Below, in pieces: positions 25,635 through 34,958 of a stretch of 64,000 nucleotides of DNA. The stretch is from contig CAZNLI010000005.1 in NCBI GenBank assembly GCA_964574125.1, positions 431-64,430 of the forward strand. The letters are read 5' to 3'. The first letter of the stretch is position 1. Each line of letters opens with the position of its first letter. This DNA is from an uncultured Methanoregula sp. GTDB taxonomy: Archaea > Halobacteriota > Methanomicrobia > Methanomicrobiales > Methanospirillaceae. A program made the translations under genes and the position numbers. The notes below the pieces were generated by a model. The model was not told the DNA's origin. It searched no databases and saw nothing but the letters and a program-made list of their open reading frames with translations.

Positions 25635-26160
25635 GCACCTTTTTGTCCACTTCGATCCTGACGAGGGACTTGTACGGGCGCCCGATATCCGGGTTGCCGC
25701 GCTGGATGGCAAAACAGACGTCCTGCACCTCGGCACCCGCGATCGCAAGTGCCTGCAGTAGTGCCCGCATGGTGCCCCCCGTGCTGACAACGTCGTCAAC
25801 GATAACCACACGGTCGCCTTTTACTATCCCGTTCAGGTACAGCTCACCCTTGGAATAACCGGTCATCTGGTGGACGGCGACTTCGCCGGGGAGCTGGTAC
25901 TGCCGTTTGCGCATGATCGTCATCGGGATATCGGTCATGGTCGAGAGCACGGACCCGATATGGATCCCCATCGCCTCGACAACAACGATCTTGTCGACCC
26001 CGTTTAAGTCAAGGACCCGGAGCATCCCGGTGCATACTTCCCGCAGGAGAGCCGGGTCGACGATGGGTACGCCGTCGGTGATCGGGTGGATGAAGTAGTT
26101 GTATTCCCCCCGCTGTACCATCGGGCAGGTCTCGAGTGAATGAACCAGTCGTTCAAGCAT
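25612..26160 (-). CDS. hpt: archaeal hypoxanthine/guanine phosphoribosyltransferase
   Basis: 'RGEYNYFIHPITDGVP', PRPP motif 'VVIVDDVVSTGGT'. Start at MLERLVHSLE. Confidence 0.88.
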   Translation of the reverse strand: MLERLVHSLETCPMVQRGEYNYFIHPITDGVPIVDPALLREVCTGMLRVLDLNGVDKIVVVEAMGIHIGSVLSTMTDIPMTIMRKRQYQLPGEVAVHQMTGYSKGELYLNGIVKGDRVVIVDDVVSTGGTMRALLQALAIAGAEVQDVCFAIQRGNPDIGRPYKSLVRIEVDKKVRVVERYL

Positions 26161-27253
26161 ACATGTCACCAATTTCCATTAAGAATTCTTCAACCTGGTC
26201 GCGGTGGACGTGGGGCATGCAGACGATCCGCAGGTGTCCTTTCCGCGTCCACGACACCCGCCAGCGATCCGGGGCCTTCGTGCAGGCGAACGTGGCAACG
26301 TTGACATCCGGGGTTGCAACCCTCTTAATCCCAAAGGACTCCATGCCGGCGATAAGCCGCTGCGTGTTCTTCATGCAGCCGGCAACAACCGCTCTCATGC
26401 CCCTCGTCCCGAGGTAGTCCAGCACCGCGAGGGCTGCGGCAACCGGCGCTCCCGGGCGGGTTCCCGCAAGCGTGAACTCCTGCTTGACGGTCAGGTACGG
26501 GGTGTCGACGTTCAGGATATTCAGGAGGCAGGGATCCCGGGTAAGCAGGCAGCCGCACGGGATCGTGGAGAGCCCCATCTTGTGCGGATCGACGGCAATC
26601 GTCGTCACGCCCGGGAGCGAGAAGTCGAAGGGTATGGGGGTATCGAGGAAGGGGATCACCATCCCGCCGAAGGCGGCATCCACGTGGAAGAAGATGTCCC
26701 GCTCCGCTGCGAGTTTTGCCAGATCCCGGATGGGATCCACCATCCCGTACTCGGTCGTCCCGGCAATCCCGGCGATGCAGATGGTATTCTTATCGGTCTT
26801 TTCCGCCGCATCTGCGACATCCGCCCGGAGGGTACGGTCCGGTTTTACCGTCCGCATCGCGATCCCGAGGATATCGCAGGCTTTCCTGAACGAGAAGTGG
26901 GCGGAGTCGGGGACGACCACGTTCGGGGTTACGATCTCAGGCCTCGTTGCCTTGGCAAGCCGGAGCGCCTGGATGTTGGATTCGGTCCCGCCAGACGTGG
27001 CATAACCGCCGGCCGACGGCAGGTGGAAGAGGGTGCCGATCCGCTCAACCAGCATCCGTTCGAGAGAAGCTGTGCCGGGAAAGAGTCCCGGGTCCCCGAG
27101 GTTTGTCTCAATGAACAGGTTGTGCGCATTCACCGCCACCGGGTGGGGGAGCGTGCACATGGAGCTGAGGATATACCGGTGGTCGAGGTCGGACCGTTTG
27201 ACCCCCGTTAAAAAAGAGAAGAGTTCGTCTTCTGTCCTGCCGTCACTCAGCAT
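26153..27253 (-). CDS. mfnA: L-tyrosine/L-aspartate decarboxylase MfnA (PLP-dependent)
   Basis: Group II decarboxylase. 'SGGTESNIQALR', 'HVDAAFGG' and 'DPHKMGL' (PLP-Lys). The size and 'ILSSMCTLPHP' N-terminus are typical of MfnA. Confidence 0.88.
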   Translation of the reverse strand: MLSDGRTEDELFSFLTGVKRSDLDHRYILSSMCTLPHPVAVNAHNLFIETNLGDPGLFPGTASLERMLVERIGTLFHLPSAGGYATSGGTESNIQALRLAKATRPEIVTPNVVVPDSAHFSFRKACDILGIAMRTVKPDRTLRADVADAAEKTDKNTICIAGIAGTTEYGMVDPIRDLAKLAAERDIFFHVDAAFGGMVIPFLDTPIPFDFSLPGVTTIAVDPHKMGLSTIPCGCLLTRDPCLLNILNVDTPYLTVKQEFTLAGTRPGAPVAAALAVLDYLGTRGMRAVVAGCMKNTQRLIAGMESFGIKRVATPDVNVATFACTKAPDRWRVSWTRKGHLRIVCMPHVHRDQVEEFLMEIGDMYA

Positions 27254-29540
27254 TCCGGTTTCTCGCCGCTTCAAGGATTATGCGTTTCTCCGTCTTTGCC
27301 ACGGTCTCCCGGATCTTGGCAATCGCGTCGATGTTTGCCGAGACACTTGAGATGCCGTGCTCCACCAGCCACTCGACCATCTTCGGATCGGATCCCGCCT
27401 GCCCGCAGATCGAGCATTCGACGCCGTATTCGCGGCATGACTGGATGGCATCGTGGATCAGGTGCAGGACAGCGGGGTGTTTGGGCTCATACATCTTTGC
27501 GACGTTCTCGTTGTTCCGGTCGATCGCGAGGGTGTACTGGATGAGATCGTTGGTGCCAAACGAGGCAAACTTGATCCCGCATTCAAGGAAGTCCTCAATC
27601 AGGATTGCGCTGCTCGGGATCTCGATCATGATGCCGAGCGAGACGTTCTCCACATCGACGCCCCAGCCCCGCATCATCTCCTTTGCCGCGACAAACTGGT
27701 CGGGATGGGAAACCATCGGGAACATGATCCCGAGGTTGTCGTAGCCCTCTTTCCAGAGCTGCTTGAATGCCTCCACCTGGAGCCGGAACTGCTCCGGGCT
27801 CTCAAGATCCCGGCGGATCCCGCGCCAGCCGAGCATCGGGTTGTGTTCGATGGGCTCGTTCTCGCCGCCCATCATGTTCCGGAATTCATCGGTCGGGGCG
27901 TCCAGCGTGCGGACCCAGACCGTTTTACCGGGGAATGCATCGAGCACGATCCTGATGCCGTCGTGGAGTTCCTTAACGAACTCCTCCTCCCGGTGGTTGG
28001 TGATGAACCAGCCCGGCGTCTTGTTCAGGCCGAGGATCAGGTGCTCGATCCGGAGCAGCCCGACACCGTCGGCGCCGGTTGCCGCGGCACGTGCCGCCGC
28101 TTCCGGGATCGAGACGTTGACCTTCACGCTCGTGGCCGTGATGACCGGTGCTGCCGCCGCAACGGTGACCTGCGGGGAACCCTTCTGCTGCACGGCGCTT
28201 TCAACGACGCCCTCGTAGACAAGCCCCATCTCGCCGTTCACCGTTATGACCTGCCCGTTCTTTAAGGCCGCCGTTCCGGTCTTGGTCCCTACAACTGCGG
28301 GGGTCCCGAGTTCCCTGCTCACGATCGCCGCGTGGCAGGTCATGCCGCCTTCGTCGGTGACAATCGCTGCAACCTTCCGCATCGCCGGAACCATGTCCGG
28401 GTTCGTCATGCGGGTGACGAGGATGTCGCCTTCCTTTACCCTGCCCGCATCCTTCGCATCATTGATGATGACGACCTTCCCTGTTGCGATACCCGGGGAT
28501 GCCCCTTGCCCCTTCAGGAGGATCTTCTGATCCCCTTTCCCTGACCCCTGCGCTCCTGACATGCCTTTTGTCTCCTTCCGGTTCCCGATCGTTGTTATCG
28601 GGCGTGACTGGAGGATATAGAATGTGGTATTCACAATGCTCCACTCGACATCCTGTGGTATGCCGTAGTGGTTCTCGGCGATCTTGCCGTACATCGCAAG
28701 TTTTGCAACCTCTTCGTCAGAGAGGACCTGCTGTTCCTGCCTCTTTGCGGAAACCTCGACGGTTTTTGTCCCGTTGCTGCCGTCGGCTAAAATCTCGATC
28801 TTCTTGGTCGAGATCACGCGCTCGGTGACCTTCTCGCTGCGCTGGTCGAAGACATATTTATCCGGCGATACCGAGCCGGAGACGACCGCTTCGCCAAGCC
28901 CCCAGGAACCCTCGATGATGGTTGATGGTTCGCCGGTGATGGGGTGGGAGGTGAACATGACACCCGCTTTCTCCGAGTTGACCAGCTGCTGGACGACGAC
29001 CGCGATATTGACGGTGTTGTCGTCGAACCCCTGCTTTGCCCGGTAGTAAATCGCCCGGGCCCCGTACAGCGACGCCCAGCACTTCTGTACCGCGAGAAGG
29101 AGTGCTGCTTCGCCCTGGATATTGAGGTAGGTCTCCTGCTGCCCTGCAAAACTGGCATCCGGCAGGTCTTCGGCAGTTGCGCTGGAACGGACAGCGACCA
29201 CCAGGTTGCCGCTGTTCATCCGCTTGTATGCCTTTTTAATATCGTCGCGGATTGCGGGGGGGATCTTTGCCTTGAGCACCAGCCCCTTTGCCGTTTCGGC
29301 AGCTTTTTCAAGGGCGTCGTTGTTCTCGACATCGAGCTTCTCGAACGAGGCATAGAGCTTCTGTTCGAGCCCTGTCTCGACAAGGAACCTCCTGAATGCC
29401 TGGGCGGTGATGACAAACGCTCCCGGCACGGGAAGGCCGATTGACGCCATCTCCCCCAGCGACGCCCCTTTTCCGCCGACTGATATGATATCCTCTTTTC
29501 TGATCTCTTCGAGCCACAGGATATTGGGCATAGTCTTCAT
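27243..29540 (-). CDS. ppsA: phosphoenolpyruvate synthase
   Basis: 765 aa. ATP-grasp N-terminus 'VGGKGASLGEM', phosphohistidine swivel 'GGMTCHAAIVSRELG', and C-terminal PEP-utilising TIM barrel 'FASFGTNDLIQ'. Confidence 0.95.
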   Translation of the reverse strand: MKTMPNILWLEEIRKEDIISVGGKGASLGEMASIGLPVPGAFVITAQAFRRFLVETGLEQKLYASFEKLDVENNDALEKAAETAKGLVLKAKIPPAIRDDIKKAYKRMNSGNLVVAVRSSATAEDLPDASFAGQQETYLNIQGEAALLLAVQKCWASLYGARAIYYRAKQGFDDNTVNIAVVVQQLVNSEKAGVMFTSHPITGEPSTIIEGSWGLGEAVVSGSVSPDKYVFDQRSEKVTERVISTKKIEILADGSNGTKTVEVSAKRQEQQVLSDEEVAKLAMYGKIAENHYGIPQDVEWSIVNTTFYILQSRPITTIGNRKETKGMSGAQGSGKGDQKILLKGQGASPGIATGKVVIINDAKDAGRVKEGDILVTRMTNPDMVPAMRKVAAIVTDEGGMTCHAAIVSRELGTPAVVGTKTGTAALKNGQVITVNGEMGLVYEGVVESAVQQKGSPQVTVAAAAPVITATSVKVNVSIPEAAARAAATGADGVGLLRIEHLILGLNKTPGWFITNHREEEFVKELHDGIRIVLDAFPGKTVWVRTLDAPTDEFRNMMGGENEPIEHNPMLGWRGIRRDLESPEQFRLQVEAFKQLWKEGYDNLGIMFPMVSHPDQFVAAKEMMRGWGVDVENVSLGIMIEIPSSAILIEDFLECGIKFASFGTNDLIQYTLAIDRNNENVAKMYEPKHPAVLHLIHDAIQSCREYGVECSICGQAGSDPKMVEWLVEHGISSVSANIDAIAKIRETVAKTEKRIILEAARNRNAE

Positions 29541-29761
29541 GCTCGCACCACTAATGATCTCAACCTTATCCTTGTTTAATGATTCTCATCACCGGCTCTC
29601 CTTTGGATTTCCGTAATGATTTTCGTAAAATTTTTTCCGGGAGCACCTGCCGGGAAGCCGGGAACCTGCCCCCGGATGACCTGCCTGTTTCCGGTACATC
29701 GCGCAGGATTTCCTGTAATCCGGGGAAGAATAAATCTGATTAGGTATGGTGCAGATACACT

Positions 29762-31375
29762 ATGGGTTTTATGGCAAATTTCAGAGTACTTGTCAGCGAT
29801 CCGCTGGCGGAAGAGGGGCTTGCAATCCTCCGGGCGGCCTGCGACGTTGATGTCAAAACCGGCCTGAAGGAAGACGAGCTCTGCGGTATTCTTGGAGATT
29901 ACGATGCCCTGCTTGTACGGAGCGGCACCGAGGTCACGGCAAAGGTGATCCAGGCGGGCAGGAAGCTCCGGTTCATCGGGCGGGCCGGTGTCGGAGTGGA
30001 CAATATCGACGTGGATGCGGCTACCCGGCAGGGGATCATCGTTGCAAACGCTCCCGAGGGCAACACCCTTGCGGCGACCGAACACACGATGGCGATGATG
30101 CAGGCGCTCGCCCGCAACATCCCGCAGGCAAACGCGAGTTTAAAGAAGAAGGAATGGAAGCGCAGCAAGTTCATGGGCGTCGAGCTGAACGAGAAGACGC
30201 TCGGTATCGTCGGGTTCGGCAGGATCGGCCGCGAGGTTGCAAAGCGGGCGAATGCAATGGATATGCGGTGCGTCGCGTACGATCCGTTCATAACAAAGGA
30301 ACGGGCAGCCCAGCTCGGCGTCGAGATGATGAGCATTGAGGATCTCTTCAAGGTTGCCGACGTGATCACCGTCCACACCCCGCTGATCAAGGAGACCCGG
30401 CACGTCATCAACGCGAAGAGCATCGCGACCATGAAGGACGGGGTACGGATCATCAACTGTGCCCGTGGCGGGATCATCGACGAACAGGCGCTCTATGATG
30501 CGATCAAGGGCGGGAAGGTTGCCGGCGCCGCCCTTGATGTGTTCGAGACCGAGCCCCCGGTCGATTCCCCCCTGCTCACCCTTGACCAGGTCATTGTCAC
30601 GCCGCACCTTGGCGCAAGCACGGTCGAGGCCCAGCTGAACGTCGCGGTTTCGGTCGCAAAGCAGTGCATCGAAGTCCTGAAAGGCGGCGCTGCAAAATAC
30701 GTTGTCAATGCCCCCATGATCCCCGCCGAGCAGGCCGAGGTCCTGGAGCCGTTTGCGTCTCTTGCCGAGAAGATGGGCCGGTTTGCGATCCAGACCACGC
30801 CCGGGCGGCTCTCGACCGTCGAGATCATCTATGGCGGCGAACTGGCATCGTTTGCTAACAGCCTCAAGTTTGTCACCCGGCTTGCCCTGAAGGGGCTTCT
30901 CGACCCGATCCTCCAGCAGCCGGTCAATATCGTGAATGCCGAGTTCATCGCAAAGGAGCGCGGGATCACGGTCTCCGAGACCGTCACGCAGGAATCGAGC
31001 GGTTTCAAGAACCTCATCACCCTGAAGATCAGGACCGACAAGACCGAGGAGTCGGTCAGCGGCACAGTCTTCTTCAAGGGCAGGAGCCGGATTGTCGCGG
31101 TCGGCGGGTACACGATGGACATGGTACCCGAAGGCTATGTCATCGTTTCGCGCCATCTCGACAAGCCCGGCGTGATTGGCAGGGCGTCGACGATCCTTGG
31201 CAAGGACAACATCAACATCGCCGGCATGCAGGTCGGCCGGGTGAAAGAGGGCGAACCGGCGCTGATGGTGCTCAACGTGGATTCGGAAGTACCGGAGAAG
31301 GTCATGGAGGAGATCCGGTCCATGCCGGGTATCTTCACCGCGACCTTTGCAAAGATATCCTCGAAGCGGATCTGA
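29762..31375 (+). CDS. serA: D-3-phosphoglycerate dehydrogenase (long form with ASB/ACT domains)
   Basis: 'GIVGFGRIGREVAKRA' NAD motif, 'VTVHTPL', 'INCARGGIIDE', 'TPHLGAST'. C-terminal ACT-like region. Confidence 0.93.
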   Translation: MGFMANFRVLVSDPLAEEGLAILRAACDVDVKTGLKEDELCGILGDYDALLVRSGTEVTAKVIQAGRKLRFIGRAGVGVDNIDVDAATRQGIIVANAPEGNTLAATEHTMAMMQALARNIPQANASLKKKEWKRSKFMGVELNEKTLGIVGFGRIGREVAKRANAMDMRCVAYDPFITKERAAQLGVEMMSIEDLFKVADVITVHTPLIKETRHVINAKSIATMKDGVRIINCARGGIIDEQALYDAIKGGKVAGAALDVFETEPPVDSPLLTLDQVIVTPHLGASTVEAQLNVAVSVAKQCIEVLKGGAAKYVVNAPMIPAEQAEVLEPFASLAEKMGRFAIQTTPGRLSTVEIIYGGELASFANSLKFVTRLALKGLLDPILQQPVNIVNAEFIAKERGITVSETVTQESSGFKNLITLKIRTDKTEESVSGTVFFKGRSRIVAVGGYTMDMVPEGYVIVSRHLDKPGVIGRASTILGKDNINIAGMQVGRVKEGEPALMVLNVDSEVPEKVMEEIRSMPGIFTATFAKISSKRI

Positions 31376-31386
31376 TTTTTTATTAT
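31376..31386 (+). terminator. oligo-T terminator of serA
   Basis: TTTTTTATTAT lies immediately after the TGA stop. Confidence 0.6.
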
Positions 31387-31660
31387 GGGGGCTGGTTTTT
31401 ACGGGTCCCCGTTTTCACTCTTCTTGTATCCGGATGTCGTACGGTACAGGAAACGAGAAATGCTGATCAGCGCTCATCGACTTTAGCGAATCATTGGCGT
31501 TCTGGAAAAACGATGGCCCCGCCCAGTTCGGTGCCAGCGAAGCCTGATGGCTTCTCGAATCAGTCGCCGCTGAAGCGACGACCGATCCTCGTCGGGCCTC
31601 ACGAGCGGCAGGAGTTTACCGGATAATACAAGGGATTTTCGCAGTTTGGCTGTCTGCAAT

Positions 31661-31789
31661 CGTCAGCGCTCTTCGATATCCGAAGGGGTCATCAGACCCC
31701 GTGGAGGAGAAGAGTGCATCAGCGTTCTTCGAGATCCGAAGGGGTCATCAGACCCCGAGGAGGAGAAGAAATCATCAGATTTCTTCGAC
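31661..31789. repeat. 56-bp tandem direct repeat (2.3 units), each unit with a GGGGTC-N4-GACCCC hairpin
   Basis: Unit 1 is 31661-31716, unit 2 is 31717-31772 (a handful of mismatches), and partial unit 3 is 31773-31789, covering the stop and last codons of the minus-strand gene 31775..32083. A degenerate copy of the TCAGCGCTC(A/T)TCGA core lies at 31465-31481. Confidence 0.85.
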
Positions 31790-32083
31790 TATTTTCACGT
31801 TCACCGGCAGGATATCCGGCCGCTTGTCGGACATGATGTACATGTACGGCATCACGTGCACGATGTATTCCAGGTAGCCTTTGGCAAAGTCTGACAAACC
31901 CGCGTTCCGTCGCCCGAGGATCAGGATATGGAACCACTGGATGAACAGGCAGACGAATGCTATGATCCCGTACACCCATGCAACGATCCCGATCGCGATC
32001 CAGTACAGGATACGGATCAGGAGTTCAAGCCGGCCGGCATCGTGTTCGAAGACGAACAATTGTTTCCTGGTTTCGTCGGTCAC
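31775..32083 (-). CDS. DUF4389-like small membrane protein
   Basis: 'LLIRILYWIAIGIVAWVYGIIAFVCLFIQWFHILILGRRNAGLSDFAKGYLEYIVHVMPYMYIMSDKRP' fits the two-TM DUF4389 pattern. Double stop TGATGA. Confidence 0.65.
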   Translation of the reverse strand: MTDETRKQLFVFEHDAGRLELLIRILYWIAIGIVAWVYGIIAFVCLFIQWFHILILGRRNAGLSDFAKGYLEYIVHVMPYMYIMSDKRPDILPVNVKIVEEI

Positions 32084-32216
32084 AGGTATCTATCTCCATT
32101 AAGGCATTCTTCCCCCATAATAAAAAACTATGGCGGACACCCGGCACGATGAACCCGGTTTCATGTGCACTAATTTTTAATAATACAAGGACAGATGTTA
32201 TAGAGCATCAAAGCGC

Positions 32217-32290
32217 GGGCCCGTGGTCTAGCTGGCTATGACGTCGCCTTGACATGGCGGAGGTCAGGAGTTCAAATCTCCTCGAGCCCA
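32217..32290 (+). tRNA. tRNA-Val(GAC): tRNA-Val (anticodon GAC)
   Basis: Hand-folded cloverleaf. Acceptor GGGCCCG/CGAGCCC plus discriminator A. D-arm GTC-loop-GAC. Anticodon stem TCGCC/GGCGG with loop TTGACAT. 5-nt variable loop. T-arm AGGAG-TTCAAAT-CTCCT. No encoded CCA. One C:A mismatch in the acceptor stem (32221:32285). Confidence 0.9.
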
Positions 32291-32373
32291 TCTCTCTGTT
32301 GTCACCGTTTCCTGCAATCGTACCCTCTCAGGAACCCTGTCGTTTTTTATTTTGCGAAAGCCCACTTCTGTAC

Positions 32374-32613
32374 ATGGAACGGCTGTATCGGTCGACGAAG
32401 GACCGGATTCTCGGCGGCGTCTGTGCCGGGCTTGGCGGATACCTCGATGTCGATCCCTCGATCGTCCGGCTTGCCTGGGCTGCCGTAACGGTCCTGTCCT
32501 TCGGCGTAGGCATTGTCGTCTACATCCTCGCCTGGATTATCGTCCCGGAACAGCCCGGCGATCGCGGGGAAGCCCGGTCAACGGATGCCGGCAGCCAGAC
32601 ACCCGGTCCATAG
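32374..32613 (+). CDS. PspC-domain membrane protein
   Basis: 'LYRSTKDRILGGVCAGLGGYLDVDPSIVRLAWAAVTVLSFGVGIVVYILAWIIVP' is a canonical PspC domain. Start at ATG 32374; the track ORF 32254 start would overlap the tRNA. Confidence 0.88.
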   Translation: MERLYRSTKDRILGGVCAGLGGYLDVDPSIVRLAWAAVTVLSFGVGIVVYILAWIIVPEQPGDRGEARSTDAGSQTPGP

Positions 32614-32643
32614 GGCGGAAGGACAGATCTTCAACTGGAACCT

Positions 32644-33747
32644 ATGAACATTCTCTTCGTCGTTTGTGGGGAAGGCCTCGGGCATGCGTCCCGCTGCCTC
32701 CATCTCGGGCATTATATCCAGCAGTACGGCCATACCGTCCACTTTGCCACGTACGGCAAATCCTATGATTTCATCGACCAGCACGGGTGCTCGAACCTGC
32801 ATTATACCCCCCGCGAGGTGTGCCTGGAAGGGGAGAAGGGGTTCTTCAGCCTCAAAAAGACCCTCTGGTGCTCGAAATGGATCGGCTTTGACATGATCCG
32901 GTCGTCCCTCTCGGTCCTTTCCCTCATACGGAAAAATGCCATTGATTGTGTCGTCTGTGACACGATGTACGGCGGCATTCTTGCCGCCCGGCTCAACAAC
33001 ACGCCGGTAGTATTCATCACCAACCAGAACCATTTCAACGGGACCGGTGGCAGGGAAAATCCCGTATGGGCGCTCCTGAATTTCATGGTGCGGCGCTATA
33101 TCCGGCTCGCGAAGGCCGTGATCGTCCCCGATTTCGAAAGACCGGATACCATCAGCGAATACAACCTCCTCGTCCCCAGCAATGAAGAGAGCCGGTACCA
33201 CTTCACCGGACCGTTCCTTGACGTCGACATCAACCGGTATTACCTCGCCCGGAAAACAATCTTCTGCAGTTTCGGGGGAGAGCCTTACAAGCTGCCGATG
33301 TATGCGCTTCTCCGGGATATCGCGGACCGGCATCCGGACCGGTTTTTTGATGTCTTCTATACAGGCGAGGAACTGCCCGAGTCGTCCCCCAATTTCCTCT
33401 CCCATGGGTACGTGCCCAACCTCTACGAACATCTCGCGGAGGCGAAGATCGCGATCGTGCACGGCGGACTGACAACGCTCCACGAAGCCCTCGTTTTCGG
33501 AAAACCGGTCCTCATCGTCATGGATCCCGGGCATCCCGAACAACAGAACAATGCAAGGAAGATCGTCGATATGGGCGCAGGGTTTGCAATCGACGGCCGG
33601 AACGTCACCCGGGAGTCCCTTGAAGCATGGATTGAAAAGACGCTTGAGATTCCCCCGAAACGGTTTGGCAATCCTCATGCCCCTGTTGACGGCAGGAGAA
33701 CCGCGTATGCGATCATCGCGAAGGCGTGCGGGCATCCCGTCCAGTAG
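32644..33747 (+). CDS. GT28/MurG-like glycosyltransferase (MJ1255-type)
   Basis: N-terminal 'ILFVVCGEGLGHASRC' and C-terminal 'IVHGGLTTLHEALVFGKPVLIV...EQQNNARKI' are typical of the UDP-glycosyltransferase/MurG fold. Confidence 0.8.
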   Translation: MNILFVVCGEGLGHASRCLHLGHYIQQYGHTVHFATYGKSYDFIDQHGCSNLHYTPREVCLEGEKGFFSLKKTLWCSKWIGFDMIRSSLSVLSLIRKNAIDCVVCDTMYGGILAARLNNTPVVFITNQNHFNGTGGRENPVWALLNFMVRRYIRLAKAVIVPDFERPDTISEYNLLVPSNEESRYHFTGPFLDVDINRYYLARKTIFCSFGGEPYKLPMYALLRDIADRHPDRFFDVFYTGEELPESSPNFLSHGYVPNLYEHLAEAKIAIVHGGLTTLHEALVFGKPVLIVMDPGHPEQQNNARKIVDMGAGFAIDGRNVTRESLEAWIEKTLEIPPKRFGNPHAPVDGRRTAYAIIAKACGHPVQ

Positions 33748-33899
33748 CGGCATCCTGCGGGACGGGTTTCCTGCAAAGGTGCAAAAACCTGCGGCGGCCT
33801 CCTTCATCCAGCCTGAACTGATGGCATTGCACGAAGCACAGACCAACAGGACGGGATATTGCAGTTCCCGTCTCTCACCGATGTTCGGGGAGCCCTGAT

Positions 33900-34958
33900 T
33901 TGCCGGTGCCACAGAGTAATGTAATACCGGGTTCGCTCATCCTCGTCGTTCATGGAGCAGAGATCTTTGACAGCGGGGAGGCGGCATGGCTCATTGCGAT
34001 GCTGAAGCCTTCCCGCACCATCGTCGCCGGCGTAATGGCGCGGACGGCTGCCGAGGAGTCCGGCCTGCCGGTTATCTTTGACGGGGCTCCCCCGAGCCGG
34101 ATCCTCCATTCCCTTGGCGGGCCGATGGTCCTTGCAAACCATGCCAAGACCCCGGAATCGGGAAGGATCTTCGGGAGTATCGTTGCGTTCCGGCTGGAGC
34201 ACCGGGGGCTCATCCAGGTGGAATGCTCAGATAAGACCGTCATCCTGTGGGGGGACGGCGATCATGACCTTGCAGCCGGGATCGCAGCACTGACGGGATA
34301 TCAGCTGAGATGTGGGACCGTTCCTTCCGAACGGGCAGGCCCGGAACGCCGGATCCGGGGGTGCCTGCCGGGCGAGTCGGTATACGTGAACGGGATCATC
34401 ATCGGCCAGGCTACGGGAGATACGGTTGTCATAAAGAGGAGCGGCACAACAATTGATGTGGTCAGCGGTCTCACCCCCAAGGAACACGGGTTGGAGAAGC
34501 TCAGAAATACACCCCCTGACCTTGTCACGGCATGGTGCAAGAGCGGGCCGATCCGCCACGCCCCGGCAGCAGCTGCCACCCGGACCGCCCCGCCATCAGG
34601 ACGGATTGCCGTCATCGACCACTGCGGGCACGAACTCTATACCGCGATTACACCGGACTGCTGCGGGGTGCTTGCCATCGGCGATGACACCACAGCGGTA
34701 TGCGGGCATATCTGTGCCCATCGCGGGATCCCGGTCCTGGGGATTGTCGACGGGGACCAGGACACGTCGCTCCCTGCCGCATTCGCACCCGGTTCGGTCG
34801 TCCTCGAATGCATAACCGTCCGCGACGACGATCTCGGGAAGGATGCCGCAAGGATGATAGGTGGGGAACCTGCTGTCTGGCAGGACTATGTGGCACAGGT
34901 GCTGGCCCGGTTTTCCGATCGTACGCGGATCGTATCCGATACGAGGGAACGGCCTTGA
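33900..34958 (+). CDS. conserved archaeal hypothetical protein, translationally coupled to nreA
   Basis: 352-aa ORF (TTG start; the true start is uncertain). Cys-containing C-terminal half (CGHELY...CCGVLAIGDDTTAVCGHICAHRGIPVLGIVDGD). Its stop overlaps the nreA ATG (TGATG). Confidence 0.6.
   Translation: MPVPQSNVIPGSLILVVHGAEIFDSGEAAWLIAMLKPSRTIVAGVMARTAAEESGLPVIFDGAPPSRILHSLGGPMVLANHAKTPESGRIFGSIVAFRLEHRGLIQVECSDKTVILWGDGDHDLAAGIAALTGYQLRCGTVPSERAGPERRIRGCLPGESVYVNGIIIGQATGDTVVIKRSGTTIDVVSGLTPKEHGLEKLRNTPPDLVTAWCKSGPIRHAPAAAATRTAPPSGRIAVIDHCGHELYTAITPDCCGVLAIGDDTTAVCGHICAHRGIPVLGIVDGDQDTSLPAAFAPGSVVLECITVRDDDLGKDAARMIGGEPAVWQDYVAQVLARFSDRTRIVSDTRERP

Noticed and set aside
31390-31660. Possible structured RNA (SRP RNA / RNase P RNA) in the long serA downstream spacer
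   Set aside because: I could not find the conserved helix-8 or helix-6 SRP motifs or the RNase P conserved regions by eye. Only local GC-rich stems are present. It needs a covariance-model scan (Rfam/Infernal) before any claim.
31661-31789. C/D-box sRNA interpretation of the CTGATGA-containing repeat (minus sense)
   Set aside because: UGAUGA and CUGA elements are present but they overlap each other. The inter-box spacers are about 20-22 nt instead of the roughly 12 nt typical of archaeal C/D sRNAs. No terminal stem pairing C with D is evident.
32578-33912. 444-aa minus-strand ORF
   Set aside because: It is antisense to the MurG-like glycosyltransferase, which has clear GT motifs. It is a shadow ORF.
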